Source: an uncultured Gammaproteobacteria bacterium (lineage in GTDB: Bacteria; Patescibacteriota; Patescibacteriia; Patescibacteriales; UBA12465). Taken from it: DNA of 64,000 bases. The notes beneath the pieces are model-generated. The model had not been told where the DNA came from. It was given only the letters and a program-made list of their open reading frames with translations, and ran no database searches. Numbering within the stretch: the first letter of the stretch is position 1; each line of letters starts with the position of its first letter. A program made the position numbers and the translations under genes. This document shows positions 19,162 through 28,803 of the stretch, piece by piece. The stretch covers positions 6,624 to 70,623 of the forward strand of contig CAZIJG010000002.1 of assembly GCA_964539545.1 (NCBI GenBank), read 5' to 3'.

Positions 19162-20220
19162 ATGTCTAAATTTTATATAACTAATTACAATGGTTTTCCC
19201 AAGGACTATTTCAATCCTCTATTGATCAAACTGGGAGAGAAGGGGTTTAAATTTAATTTCTTAGATAAGCCCTTATTCTCTAAAGATCTCCAGAAACTCT
19301 CCAGCCGAATATTATTCATCTTATCATTACCTATTTTATTTCTACGCGCCAAAAAAGTAATTGAGACTACAGCCCCAGTTACTATTATCTGTCATAGCTG
19401 GTCAGACAGATTCGTCTTCACCTTATTAAAAAAATATAAAAACATAACTATACAATGGTGGTTTTTTCCTCAAGCAGAAGTTAAAGCCCCTTGGTTACAA
19501 AAATATTTAAAGAAACAAACGACTGGTGTTAAATTTATAGCGTTTACTCCAGCTGAAGTTGAGAAAATAGATAAAATTTGGGATGAAGCTACAGCCTTAG
19601 CTCCTCTAGGAATTAAACTTGCTGATAAAAGTCATCAGGATTCTATCTTCGGAGGACTAGGGCGATCTCCTAAACTAAACTTCTTTCATAAATATTTCAC
19701 TATCATTGCTGCGGCTGATTTAAACGAACCAAATTATATTGAGACTATTATCAAGAGCGTACCGGAACTACTAAAGGTAGTGAAAAATCTACAACTTTTA
19801 GTTATTTCTCCTCAAAATACCTATGAGCGTTGGGAGTGGCTAAGCAAACAGATGGAAGTAGAAAAAAATGTCTGGTTCCTAAAAGAACCTCAGCACTTTA
19901 AAAACTGGCTAGAAAGCGGTACCTTGTTTTTCTTGGGCAACAAAGCTCCTAAAATTAATCAACTACACTGGTTATTTATGGCAATGGCTCAGGGTCTGCC
20001 AACCATCGGTTTTAAAAACCAAGGACTAGAAAGCTTTATATTAAATAATAAGTGTGCTTTAATAACTGAACCTGGTAGAGAGAATTTCGTACAATCAATC
20101 ATAACCCTGGCCAGGGACAACCAGTATAAAAAAGAACTTTCACTAAATACCAAGCGTTTAATAAATAGTGAACATAACCTATCAAATCAATTAGAGATTT
20201 GGGAAGAAATATTAAACTAA
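19162..20220 (+). CDS. glycosyltransferase family 1/4-like protein (degenerate)
   Basis: C-terminal GT-B like segment AMAQGLPTIGFKNQGLESFILNNKCALITEPGRENFVQSI; start overlaps stop of flippase. Confidence 0.4.
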   Translation: MSKFYITNYNGFPKDYFNPLLIKLGEKGFKFNFLDKPLFSKDLQKLSSRILFILSLPILFLRAKKVIETTAPVTIICHSWSDRFVFTLLKKYKNITIQWWFFPQAEVKAPWLQKYLKKQTTGVKFIAFTPAEVEKIDKIWDEATALAPLGIKLADKSHQDSIFGGLGRSPKLNFFHKYFTIIAAADLNEPNYIETIIKSVPELLKVVKNLQLLVISPQNTYERWEWLSKQMEVEKNVWFLKEPQHFKNWLESGTLFFLGNKAPKINQLHWLFMAMAQGLPTIGFKNQGLESFILNNKCALITEPGRENFVQSIITLARDNQYKKELSLNTKRLINSEHNLSNQLEIWEEILN

Positions 20221-20221
20221 C

Positions 20222-20932
20222 ATGGACATAGAAATAATTGCTAAAACTAAAAATTACATTGTTATAAATAAACCAGCTGGAATACTAGTTCATCCTCGAG
20301 CTGGCAATCCGAATGATGTAAGTTTAGTCGATTGGCTAACTAAAAAATTTCCTAGAATAAAAAAGGTAGGAGAAAATCCTTCTCGCCCTGGTTTGGTGCA
20401 TCGTTTAGATAGAGAAGTAAGTGGTCTAATGGTAATTGCTCGTAATCAAAAATCTTTTTTAAACTTAAAACAACAATTTAAAGATCGTAAAATAGATAAA
20501 TACTACACAGCTCTAGTACATGGACAGATTAGTGAACCGGTAGGAAAAATAACTTTTCCTATCAAACGTTCTAGCAAAGGATTCAAGATGGCAGCTGTGC
20601 CGACTAATTATGAAGCTACAAATAATGCTAAATCTGCTATCACTAGATACGAGACCCTAAAACAATATAATAACTTCACTTTATTAAAAGTTAAAATTGA
20701 AACTGGGCGAACTCATCAAATTAGAGTTCACTTCTTAGCCTTAGACAGCCCTATTGTAGGAGATTTTCTCTACTCAACTAAAAAAAGCCAATTAAGAAAT
20801 AAGAAAATTGATTTAAATAGGCTTTTCTTGGTAGCAGACAAATTAGCTTTTACTGACCGCAAAGGACAAAGAAAAGAATTTACTATTGGTATGCCAACCG
20901 AATTAAAAAAAGCTCTAGAGATTATAAAATAG
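20222..20932 (+). CDS. pseudouridine synthase, RluA family
   Basis: HRLDREVSGLMVIARN and GRTHQIRVH motifs (catalytic Asp in HRLD). Confidence 0.85.
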   Translation: MDIEIIAKTKNYIVINKPAGILVHPRAGNPNDVSLVDWLTKKFPRIKKVGENPSRPGLVHRLDREVSGLMVIARNQKSFLNLKQQFKDRKIDKYYTALVHGQISEPVGKITFPIKRSSKGFKMAAVPTNYEATNNAKSAITRYETLKQYNNFTLLKVKIETGRTHQIRVHFLALDSPIVGDFLYSTKKSQLRNKKIDLNRLFLVADKLAFTDRKGQRKEFTIGMPTELKKALEIIK

Positions 20933-20982
20933 TTTAAACAATTTTTAAACAAATATCATAAACCGCTGTTTATAATCTATCT

Positions 20983-22038
20983 ATGAACAGCTTTTTTAAA
21001 TCCCTCATTATTTTAATCTGTTTTCTATCTATATTATGGCCCCTGGGCACATCAGCTCAGGATCCGTATAACTCCAAAGGTTGGCAAGGCATAATTATTC
21101 AAGAAATTCTGCCCAACCCAGTAGACAAAGATCGGGACAAAGAATGGATTAAATTATATAACTCATCTAATCAAGAAATTAATCTTAAAAATTGGGTATT
21201 GGTAGATCGATTTGGCCAAAACCATTTTTTTGTTTTTCAAAAAGATACTTGGCTAGAAGATGACGATTATATTATTATGTCTCGCTCAGAGACTCAAATA
21301 ACTTTAAATAATTTTGAAGAAGAGCTGTCTCTATTCGACCCAGCTGGAGAATTGATTGATCAAATTAGTTATATTAATGCTCCAGCCGGAGAGACTCTGC
21401 TTTACTCTGATAATAGCTGGCGATGGGGAACAAAAGAAAAAACAACCTTGCAACCAGAGACACCTAACATTGTAGAGGGCATAGTTATAACATTACCGGG
21501 GGATATAAGTTTACAATATTTTTTTATTGCCAGAGACGCTCAACAATCTGAAACTATTCAAATATATAACTACAAAAAAGAGTTTCCCAAATTAAAACTA
21601 GGAGATTACATAAAAATTTCTGGAGAATTTAGTGACATTAATAATTATCTTAGGTTTAAAATATCAAAGCCTGAAGATATCGAGATTTTAAATCATCAAC
21701 CGCCAATTTCACCTCTAAATTCTTCTGATCTAAATAACTCTCTAGGAAAATTAGTTTCTATCTCTGGGACTATAATAGATAAAGATGGTAAATATCTAAT
21801 TTTAGATAATGAAATTAAACTAGATCCTTCATTATTAACCGTCAAACCAGCTACTAATGATCGAGTTAAAGCTAGCGGAATTGTGTTAACCAGCAGTAAA
21901 TACAAATACGTAAAAATTTTACCTGACTATGGAATAAAAAAGATAAATAAAGAAACTTCTAATAAAATTATTGTACTTTCTGTTCTAAGCGCTTTATCTC
22001 TAGCTGGTCTAGCCACTCTAAAAAACCATTTTGACTGA
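20983..22038 (+). CDS. lamin-tail-domain (LTD) containing surface protein with signal peptide and C-terminal TM anchor
   Basis: GIIIQEILPNPVDKDRDKEWIKLYNSSNQEINLKNWVLVD matches LTD pattern (I-EI-NP...EWIEL-N..-dL-gW-L-D). Confidence 0.55.
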   Translation: MNSFFKSLIILICFLSILWPLGTSAQDPYNSKGWQGIIIQEILPNPVDKDRDKEWIKLYNSSNQEINLKNWVLVDRFGQNHFFVFQKDTWLEDDDYIIMSRSETQITLNNFEEELSLFDPAGELIDQISYINAPAGETLLYSDNSWRWGTKEKTTLQPETPNIVEGIVITLPGDISLQYFFIARDAQQSETIQIYNYKKEFPKLKLGDYIKISGEFSDINNYLRFKISKPEDIEILNHQPPISPLNSSDLNNSLGKLVSISGTIIDKDGKYLILDNEIKLDPSLLTVKPATNDRVKASGIVLTSSKYKYVKILPDYGIKKINKETSNKIIVLSVLSALSLAGLATLKNHFD

Positions 22039-22092
22039 TTTAGTCTGTTTTGTTATAATAAGTCTACTTTTTAATTATTAATTTACCCTAAT

Positions 22093-23082
22093 ATGAAAAT
22101 ACAAAAGACCAATTTTGTTATCATTGGATTATCAATTCTCTTGGTAGCTGCTGTAGTCTGGGGAGCTGTAGCTTCTAGCACTGGAGTCAGCGCTATAGGG
22201 GCAGAGGAAGCCAAAAAAATCACTGAAACATTCATTAACGAAACTTTAATGACCTCTGGAACTAGTGCTACTATTGCTAGTGTAGAGAAGGTTAATGGAC
22301 TATATCGAATGATGGTAGATATTGGCTCTGGCCAGGAAGTCGCCTCCTATGTTAGTTTAGATGGTTCTACTTTCTTCCCCCAAGGTTTATCCATAAAAAA
22401 AGATATTACTGAACCGACTGTTAGTGATACTTCAGGAACTAATCAGACAACGCCAACTAACGTTCCTAAATCCGATAAACCTATAGTAGAACTATTCGTG
22501 ATGAGCTATTGCCCCTACGGCACTCAAATTGAAAAAGGAATCTTGCCAGCAATAGAAGCTCTAGGTGATGACATAGATTTCAAATTAAAATTTGTAGACT
22601 ACGCCATGCACGGACAAAGAGAATTAAACGAACAACTAAACCAATACTGTATTATGGAAGAATACCCTAAAAAGTTTAATGAGTATTTAACCTGTTTCTT
22701 AGATGAAGGTGAATCAGCCGGTTGTATCGAACAGATTGGCGCCAATGAAAACAAATTAGCTAATTGTATTACTGACACAGACGAAGATTATAAGATTACT
22801 TCTAACTTTGAAAACAAAGTAAACTTCAAAGGTAGTTACCCTGAATTTGGTATTTACAAAGATGACAACGTAAAATACGGCGTTGGTGGTTCTCCTACTT
22901 TGGTTATTAACGGTAGTAAAACGTCTTCTTCTCGTGACTCAGCTAGTTTATTAAATACTATTTGTAGTGCTTTCGAAGAGCAACCTGAGGCCTGCGGAAC
23001 ACAACTGTCTAGCGCTTCACCATCGCCTGGATTTGGTTTCGACACTTCTGCTGGAAGTAACTCAGCCGCTACTTGCAATTAA
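22093..23082 (+). CDS. membrane-anchored DsbA-like thioredoxin-fold protein (CPYG, single active-site Cys)
   Basis: N-terminal TM; ELFVMSYCPYGTQ ... GGSPTLVINGSK resembles DsbA family (CPxC ... GTPTFVING) but second Cys replaced by Gly. Confidence 0.5.
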   Translation: MKIQKTNFVIIGLSILLVAAVVWGAVASSTGVSAIGAEEAKKITETFINETLMTSGTSATIASVEKVNGLYRMMVDIGSGQEVASYVSLDGSTFFPQGLSIKKDITEPTVSDTSGTNQTTPTNVPKSDKPIVELFVMSYCPYGTQIEKGILPAIEALGDDIDFKLKFVDYAMHGQRELNEQLNQYCIMEEYPKKFNEYLTCFLDEGESAGCIEQIGANENKLANCITDTDEDYKITSNFENKVNFKGSYPEFGIYKDDNVKYGVGGSPTLVINGSKTSSSRDSASLLNTICSAFEEQPEACGTQLSSASPSPGFGFDTSAGSNSAATCN

Positions 23083-23105
23083 TAATCAATCACTGAAAAT
23101 AAAAA

Positions 23106-23139
23106 GAAACCACCCTTTACCGGGTGGTTTTTTATTTTT
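23106..23139. terminator. bidirectional Rho-independent terminator
   Basis: aaaccaccc...gggtggttt hairpin + T run between convergent genes. Confidence 0.6.
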
Positions 23140-23143
23140 TAAA

Positions 23144-24565
23144 TTACAACTTATGTACAACTAGCTTTCTAGCTTCCTCAGCAATTAACAAGGCCTTGCT
23201 GCTGGCAGCGCCTGTATAAGAACTAGGATTCTGCAATAATTCCATAACCTTTTCAGGGATATTGTCTACTACTTCTTTTAGCTTGTGGTCGGTAATGGTT
23301 AATTCCAGTAATGCACTTAGCAAATCTTTTCCCTTGGCTACTGGCATTAATTGTTTATTCACCAACTCATGAGCATCCCCTGTATAACCCGCCATTTGCA
23401 AAGCTATATAGAGAGGTTCCGCTATTACAAGTCCTGCACTTTGATTTAGGTTTCTTTGACAACTTTCCTCATCCACCGTTATAGCGGTTAGAAAGGCAAT
23501 CCCATTCTTACCTTTTCTCAGAAGAGTGTTTAGCTGATGTTGCAGGTTAATTAAAATTATAGGAAAATCACGAGCTATACAACTTCCAACCAAATCTCTC
23601 TGGTGATCACTAATCAGAGCATCTAAAACTTTCCCATATTCATTTTTAGTTTTCCAATAGAACCCCTCCAAGTTTTCAAAGTTAACTGGATTTCTCTTGT
23701 GAGCCATGGTCGAAGATCCAACTTGGCCATCTTCAAATGCTTCCCTAATCTCTGCGATTTCAGTGCGCATTAAATTACGGCCATCTCTACCAAATTGGCC
23801 CAAAGAAGCAGACATCATAACACAAGAATGCAAGAAGTACGCCAATGGTTCTGGCGGAAGAATTTGAGTACTAATAGCCGCTGGCTTCATTGCCAACTTG
23901 GCTAATACCTTTTTTTCAAAATCTCCGGTATCATCACTTAAACCTAAGCCAATCTGAGCATTATATGCTCCAACTGCTCCAGAAATTTTACCCACTAAAC
24001 TATTAACAAATCTCTCCATCTCATAATAATTGTACATCCAACGATTTAACACTGTCGCTAACCAAAAACCCACTGTAATAGGAAGGGCGTGCTGGCCATG
24101 TGTTCTACCAATCTGTTTGGTGTAAGCAAGATCAATGACTTTACTAGATAACAAACTAATAACCTGCAATAAGGCTGGCTTTATAGCTCCTTCATAGGCA
24201 CCAAAAAATGTCATAGATCTGCCAGTGTCAATTACGTCATAACTTGTTAAAGGCACATGTGCCCAACGGTTAATCTCTGATCGAATAACTTCTTGGATAG
24301 ATTTCACTAAAGCACGGATATCATGTTTAGTTACTGCTCTTTCCAGCTTATCCACCTGAGTAGTTTTAATTTGCTGTAGCTGTTTTTTAATGCTTACTGT
24401 AATTTTTGCATATTCATCATCTGGAATTACCTTAATGTCATGCAAAACTTCTAAAGTTGCCATTTCTACATCTACAAAAGTTTTATAGAGGTTATCATAG
24501 CCGAAATAAGGGATCATCTCTTTCGGTTGATACCGAAGATTCCCTGGTAAAAATAAATTATCCAT
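23144..24565 (-). CDS. purB: adenylosuccinate lyase (fumarate-lyase superfamily)
   Basis: Signature GSSTMAHKRNP (GSSxMPxKxNP of lyase class I); overall length/tetramer-fold organisation consistent with PurB. Confidence 0.7.
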   Translation of the reverse strand: MDNLFLPGNLRYQPKEMIPYFGYDNLYKTFVDVEMATLEVLHDIKVIPDDEYAKITVSIKKQLQQIKTTQVDKLERAVTKHDIRALVKSIQEVIRSEINRWAHVPLTSYDVIDTGRSMTFFGAYEGAIKPALLQVISLLSSKVIDLAYTKQIGRTHGQHALPITVGFWLATVLNRWMYNYYEMERFVNSLVGKISGAVGAYNAQIGLGLSDDTGDFEKKVLAKLAMKPAAISTQILPPEPLAYFLHSCVMMSASLGQFGRDGRNLMRTEIAEIREAFEDGQVGSSTMAHKRNPVNFENLEGFYWKTKNEYGKVLDALISDHQRDLVGSCIARDFPIILINLQHQLNTLLRKGKNGIAFLTAITVDEESCQRNLNQSAGLVIAEPLYIALQMAGYTGDAHELVNKQLMPVAKGKDLLSALLELTITDHKLKEVVDNIPEKVMELLQNPSSYTGAASSKALLIAEEARKLVVHKL

Positions 24566-24737
24566 AGTAACGTGATTTTAAATGTAAAGAACTAATTAAA
24601 CTATTACATCATTAATGATAAGGGAGGTCAAGAGTATTTCAATAAACATAATAAAAATTACAGCAAGAAATAAAAAAAGCTTCCCCTAAAGAAAGCTTCT
24701 AATCGTACATTCACTTTTGCTAAGAGAATGTAGATTG

Positions 24738-24781
24738 AAAAAATACGGTTAAGATTATCTTAAAAAATCTTAACCGTATTT
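24738..24781 (-). terminator. Rho-independent terminator downstream of trxA
   Basis: Long inverted repeat aaaaatacggttaagatt...aatcttaaccgtattttt abutting trxA stop. Confidence 0.6.
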
Positions 24782-25114
24782 TTACTTTAAAGCTTCTTCA
24801 ATATCTTCTTGCAAAGCTTCTTTCTGTCTTAATCCAACAAAATCTGCAATCACTTCACCGTTTTTAAATAATTTCATGTTAGGGATGCTTTGAATTTGAT
24901 ATTGAGCAGCTAATTCTTGATTAGTAGCATCTTCAGTATTCATTTTAGCAATTTTTACTTTACCTTCCATGTCTCCGGCCAATTCATTTAGAATTGGAGC
25001 CATCATTTTACAAGGCATGCACCATGGTGCCCAAAAATCTACTAACACTGGAACGTCTGACTTTAAAACTTCCTCTTCAAAGTTATCTTTTGTTAAATCT
25101 AATGCATTAGACAT
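24782..25114 (-). CDS. trxA: thioredoxin with atypical WCMPC active site
   Basis: VLVDFWAPWCMPCKMMAPIL; canonical fold length 110 aa; motif is CMPC rather than CGPC. Confidence 0.85.
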   Translation of the reverse strand: MSNALDLTKDNFEEEVLKSDVPVLVDFWAPWCMPCKMMAPILNELAGDMEGKVKIAKMNTEDATNQELAAQYQIQSIPNMKLFKNGEVIADFVGLRQKEALQEDIEEALK

Positions 25115-25179
25115 GTAATTGTAATCTCCTTAAAGATCTCAAAAGAATACTTTAAAGATAAATTAATTAATTATTATAA

Positions 25180-25425
25180 TTATTTTGTAATTTCTGTAAC
25201 TAGTTTTTTCATCAGCTCTTTGTCTTTAGTTCTTGAACTCTCTAAACAGGATTTTAAATTCTGTTGCAAGTACTTTTCTAACAAAGAAGCCATAGCTGCT
25301 TTCACTGCCTTTAGTTGGATAATAGTTTTGGTACAAGCGGCGCTGTCTTCAGCCATCATTCGTTTAATTGCTCGTAATTGACCAATAATATTATTTACTC
25401 TATCGTCTAATGTTTTTTCTGCCAT
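25180..25425 (-). CDS. CsoR/RcnR/CstR-family metal/persulfide-sensing transcriptional repressor (Cys31/Cys60 pair, no His at the third ligand position)
   Basis: 81 aa all-helical; LDDRVNNIIGQLRAIKRMMAEDSAAC(31)TKTIIQLKAVKAA...N(56)LKSC(60) matches the DUF156 W-X-Y-Z fingerprint positions. Confidence 0.65.
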   Translation of the reverse strand: MAEKTLDDRVNNIIGQLRAIKRMMAEDSAACTKTIIQLKAVKAAMASLLEKYLQQNLKSCLESSRTKDKELMKKLVTEITK

Positions 25426-25440
25426 AATGATAAAAATAAT

Positions 25441-25459
25441 AGCACCCCCTGGGGGTACT
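25441..25459. promoter_or_regulatory. near-perfect 19-bp G/C-tract dyad agcaCCCCCtGGGGGtact in the 5' region of the csoR-like gene; candidate operator
   Basis: Located 16-34 nt upstream of the csoR-like start; CsoR-family operators are typically G/C-tract inverted repeats. Confidence 0.4.
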
Positions 25460-25495
25460 ATCTACTATAGCACATAAATAAAAGGTGTCAAGCTC

Positions 25496-26182
25496 TTATT
25501 TCTCAATAATTATATATAAGCTACCTTCTCCCTGAGAAGAATCTATAATTTTAAACCCGGCGGCTTTAATTTCTTTAGCTAGACTCTTAGGAGTAAAGGC
25601 ATAATAATATCTTTGGCTAATTTGACCACCTTTCCAATTAAATAATAAATCACCTCGATCCAGTCCTTTAAATATATTCCAAAAATAAGCCCTACGTAAT
25701 GGTTTTTTAAATTTTTTCCATTCTCTTAAATTCCAGACACTAATTATAGCCCTGCCATCATCAGTCAACTTAGCTCTTATACTCCGCAGAGCTTGCTGTC
25801 TTAGTTTCTTGCCCGGGATATGATGAAGAACTGCCACTGAAAAGATATAATCAAAGGAGCCTTGATGCAATTTTTCTAAATCTAAAAAGTCAACGTTTAG
25901 AAATTTCACATTATTTCTCTGCCCATATTTATTTTTAGCGATTTCTAACAATTGCTCACTATTATCTACTCCTAAGTACGAACAGTTTGTTGGTAATTCT
26001 TCAATTAACCTTCCGTTCCCGCAACCCAAGTCTAGAACATTATTATGGGGCTTAACTTTTTCTGCCCAATCAATAATCCTAGGCCACATTTTTCTTTCTC
26101 GACTAACAGAGAAATTATCTGCAATCTCGTTGTAGTTATCTTTTACAATCTTTAATAATTTTTGAACTTGTTTCTGCCTCAT
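25496..26182 (-). CDS. class I SAM-dependent methyltransferase
   Basis: Motif I VLDLGCGNGR; overlaps recQ stop by 4 nt. Confidence 0.7.
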   Translation of the reverse strand: MRQKQVQKLLKIVKDNYNEIADNFSVSRERKMWPRIIDWAEKVKPHNNVLDLGCGNGRLIEELPTNCSYLGVDNSEQLLEIAKNKYGQRNNVKFLNVDFLDLEKLHQGSFDYIFSVAVLHHIPGKKLRQQALRSIRAKLTDDGRAIISVWNLREWKKFKKPLRRAYFWNIFKGLDRGDLLFNWKGGQISQRYYYAFTPKSLAKEIKAAGFKIIDSSQGEGSLYIIIEK

Positions 26183-27957
26183 ATTAAATATTCTTTTTTT
26201 CGAAAATCTACTCCACCTAATTTATTCCTACTTCTTTCCCCTCTTAGACAATTATCACATTTTCCACAATCACCAGCTTCTTTATCACCAAAGTATTTTA
26301 AAATATATTTCTGTCTACAGAGAGTTTGATAAACATATTGCTCCATTTGATCTAATTTTTCATAGGCCCTCATTAATTTATCTTTTAGTTTTGAGAAATC
26401 TATATCTAATTCTCCATGTCTTTCTTTATTCAATATTTCTACCTCTGTACCTCTGAAAGGCGGTTTATATGAAACTAGTTTTTGTTCAGCTAAATTCTTT
26501 ATTAGCCTAATTAGAGAATCCTTTTTAATTTCTAAAATATCTGCCACCTCATCGGCATTAAACTGCCAACCACCAATAACTTCCTTAGAAAATTTATCTT
26601 CTAGTAATCCTAGAACCTCTCTTTGCTTTTTAGCTCTAGAGCTGAGTGCCTCTTTTAACTCCTCAAAGCCAACATTAGCTTTCAAAAATGCCTGACTATG
26701 TTTATCTGAGCTTCTTCTAACATACCCTTCCTTCTCTAAAATCTTTAAACTCGTACCGATAGCCATTTCTGGGGTGGTTTCAGACAATCTGGAGACTAGG
26801 TCACTATAGGTAAATAGCACCTTATTAGAATTTCCCTCATTCTGTTCATTCATATAGTCCCATAGCACATCATAAATTTCAGCAATTATATTAGGAGTCG
26901 GGTTATCTCCCTTAATAAAGAATTCTCTGAGAAATCTATCTTTAGGGGAATAAAATAATAAACAAAAACTGGGTTCACCATCTCTACCCGCTCTACCAGC
27001 TTCCTGATAATAAGCTTCGATAGTTCCTGGAATATCATGATGAACTACAAATCTTACATTCTTCTTGTCAATTCCTAAACCAAAAGCATTAGTAGCTACA
27101 ACAACTTTAACTTGATCATTAATAAAACTGTCCTGCACCCAATTTCTGCTATCTGAATCCATGCCAGCATGATAACTCGCTGCTTGGATATCTTCCGCTA
27201 ACAATTTTTCTACAATATCCTCGGCCTTACTTCTGGTTCCTACATAAACTATGCCTGAACTATCGCCAACTCCTTTGATAGCATCGACTATCATATCTCC
27301 TTTTTGCCAATCACTAGCTTCAATGACGGCAAAATGTAAATTAGGACGAGCAAAACCACTCATAACCAAAGTATAATCATCACCTAAATCTAGTTGCTTC
27401 GCAATGTCCTCTCTTACTTCTGGTGTAGCTGTAGCGGTCAGAGCTACTACCAATGGATTTCCCAAAAATTTAACTGCGTCTTTCACTCTCAAATAGCTAG
27501 GACGAAAATCATGCCCCCACTGACTAATACAATGAGCTTCATCAACAGCGAAGAGAGACACTTGTACCTCTTTCAAAATCGCCATGAACCGCTGGTTATA
27601 AAATCTTTCTGGCGCAATATAGACTAACTTATACTTATTAGCTGCAATTTCAACCAAACGCTTATCTGTCTCCTCTAAACTAATGGAAGAGTTAATAAAG
27701 GTAGCTGGAATATTTAATTTATCTAAACTATCTACTTGATCTTTCATTAAAGCAATCAAAGGAGAAATAACTATGGTAATTCCTTCCATTGCTAAAGCTG
27801 ATAACTGATAAATTAAAGATTTACCACCCCCCGTAGGAAGAATCGCTATAGTATCCTTACCAGCTAATAGACTTTCTAGAGCCTGTTCCTGTCCAGAACG
27901 AAATTCTTGAAAACCAAAATGTTTATGTAAGAGTTCTTTAAGTTGAGTTTTAGTCAT
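26179..27957 (-). CDS. recQ: ATP-dependent DNA helicase RecQ
   Basis: PTGGGKSLIYQ (Walker A), DEAHCISQWGHDFRP, zinc-binding CxxC...C..C in RecQ-Ct region. Confidence 0.85.
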   Translation of the reverse strand: MTKTQLKELLHKHFGFQEFRSGQEQALESLLAGKDTIAILPTGGGKSLIYQLSALAMEGITIVISPLIALMKDQVDSLDKLNIPATFINSSISLEETDKRLVEIAANKYKLVYIAPERFYNQRFMAILKEVQVSLFAVDEAHCISQWGHDFRPSYLRVKDAVKFLGNPLVVALTATATPEVREDIAKQLDLGDDYTLVMSGFARPNLHFAVIEASDWQKGDMIVDAIKGVGDSSGIVYVGTRSKAEDIVEKLLAEDIQAASYHAGMDSDSRNWVQDSFINDQVKVVVATNAFGLGIDKKNVRFVVHHDIPGTIEAYYQEAGRAGRDGEPSFCLLFYSPKDRFLREFFIKGDNPTPNIIAEIYDVLWDYMNEQNEGNSNKVLFTYSDLVSRLSETTPEMAIGTSLKILEKEGYVRRSSDKHSQAFLKANVGFEELKEALSSRAKKQREVLGLLEDKFSKEVIGGWQFNADEVADILEIKKDSLIRLIKNLAEQKLVSYKPPFRGTEVEILNKERHGELDIDFSKLKDKLMRAYEKLDQMEQYVYQTLCRQKYILKYFGDKEAGDCGKCDNCLRGERSRNKLGGVDFRKKEYLI

Positions 27958-27961
27958 GAAT

Positions 27962-28801
27962 TTATTTGTGTCGGTTCTTAAACGCTTGCAGAGTATTATT
28001 AAATAACATGGCTATAGTCATAGGACCAATTCCTCCAGGAACTGGAGTAATATATGAAACCTTGTCTAATACATTCTTAAAGTTTACATCACCGAAAACC
28101 TTTTTATCTTGTTTAGTAATACCAATATCTATTACGATTACTTCGTTTTTAAAATAGCTCTTGGTCAACAACTGAGGCTGCCCCAAAGCTGTAATAACAA
28201 TATCGGCCTGAGTTATTTCTTTTTTTCTATTTGCAATTTCCTTATATTGGATTAAATTAACTTTAGCTTTCCTATTCTCTAATCTCTTAGCCAAACTCTG
28301 ACCAAAAATTTCTGAATTATACAAAATAACAATTCCCCTATTAGCTATATTACATTCTATCTCTTCAAATATTCTTAAAATTGAAGCAAAGACTGGAGAT
28401 AACAAAACATTATCTTCCATATCTCGAGCTAAACTTTCTTTATGAAATCCGTCGACATCTTTAGTGGAGAAAATTGCGTTAACAACTACATCGGTATCAA
28501 AATGTTTTGGCAGAGGTAACTGAACTAAAATACCATCAATTAATTCGTCTTTATTTAAACAGTCTATCACCGCTAACAATTCTTTTTCTGAAGTTTCTGT
28601 TGCTAAACGATAAAAATGTGTATCAATACCGACTGCCTTAGCCTGTTTCTGTTTCAAATCTACATACAATTTAGAATCTTCTCGATCTCCAACTAAAATA
28701 ATGGCCAGGTTAGGTCGCTGGCCATGTAAATTATATATTTCTTGAGTAATATCATCCTTTATTTTCTCAGCAATTTTCTTGCCGTCTATAATTTGTCCCA
28801 T
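27962..28801 (-). CDS. folD: bifunctional methylenetetrahydrofolate dehydrogenase/cyclohydrolase
   Basis: LAIILVGDREDSKLYV...; TPVPGGIGPMTIAML C-terminal motif. Confidence 0.85.
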   Translation of the reverse strand: MGQIIDGKKIAEKIKDDITQEIYNLHGQRPNLAIILVGDREDSKLYVDLKQKQAKAVGIDTHFYRLATETSEKELLAVIDCLNKDELIDGILVQLPLPKHFDTDVVVNAIFSTKDVDGFHKESLARDMEDNVLLSPVFASILRIFEEIECNIANRGIVILYNSEIFGQSLAKRLENRKAKVNLIQYKEIANRKKEITQADIVITALGQPQLLTKSYFKNEVIVIDIGITKQDKKVFGDVNFKNVLDKVSYITPVPGGIGPMTIAMLFNNTLQAFKNRHK

Positions 28802-28803
28802 AG

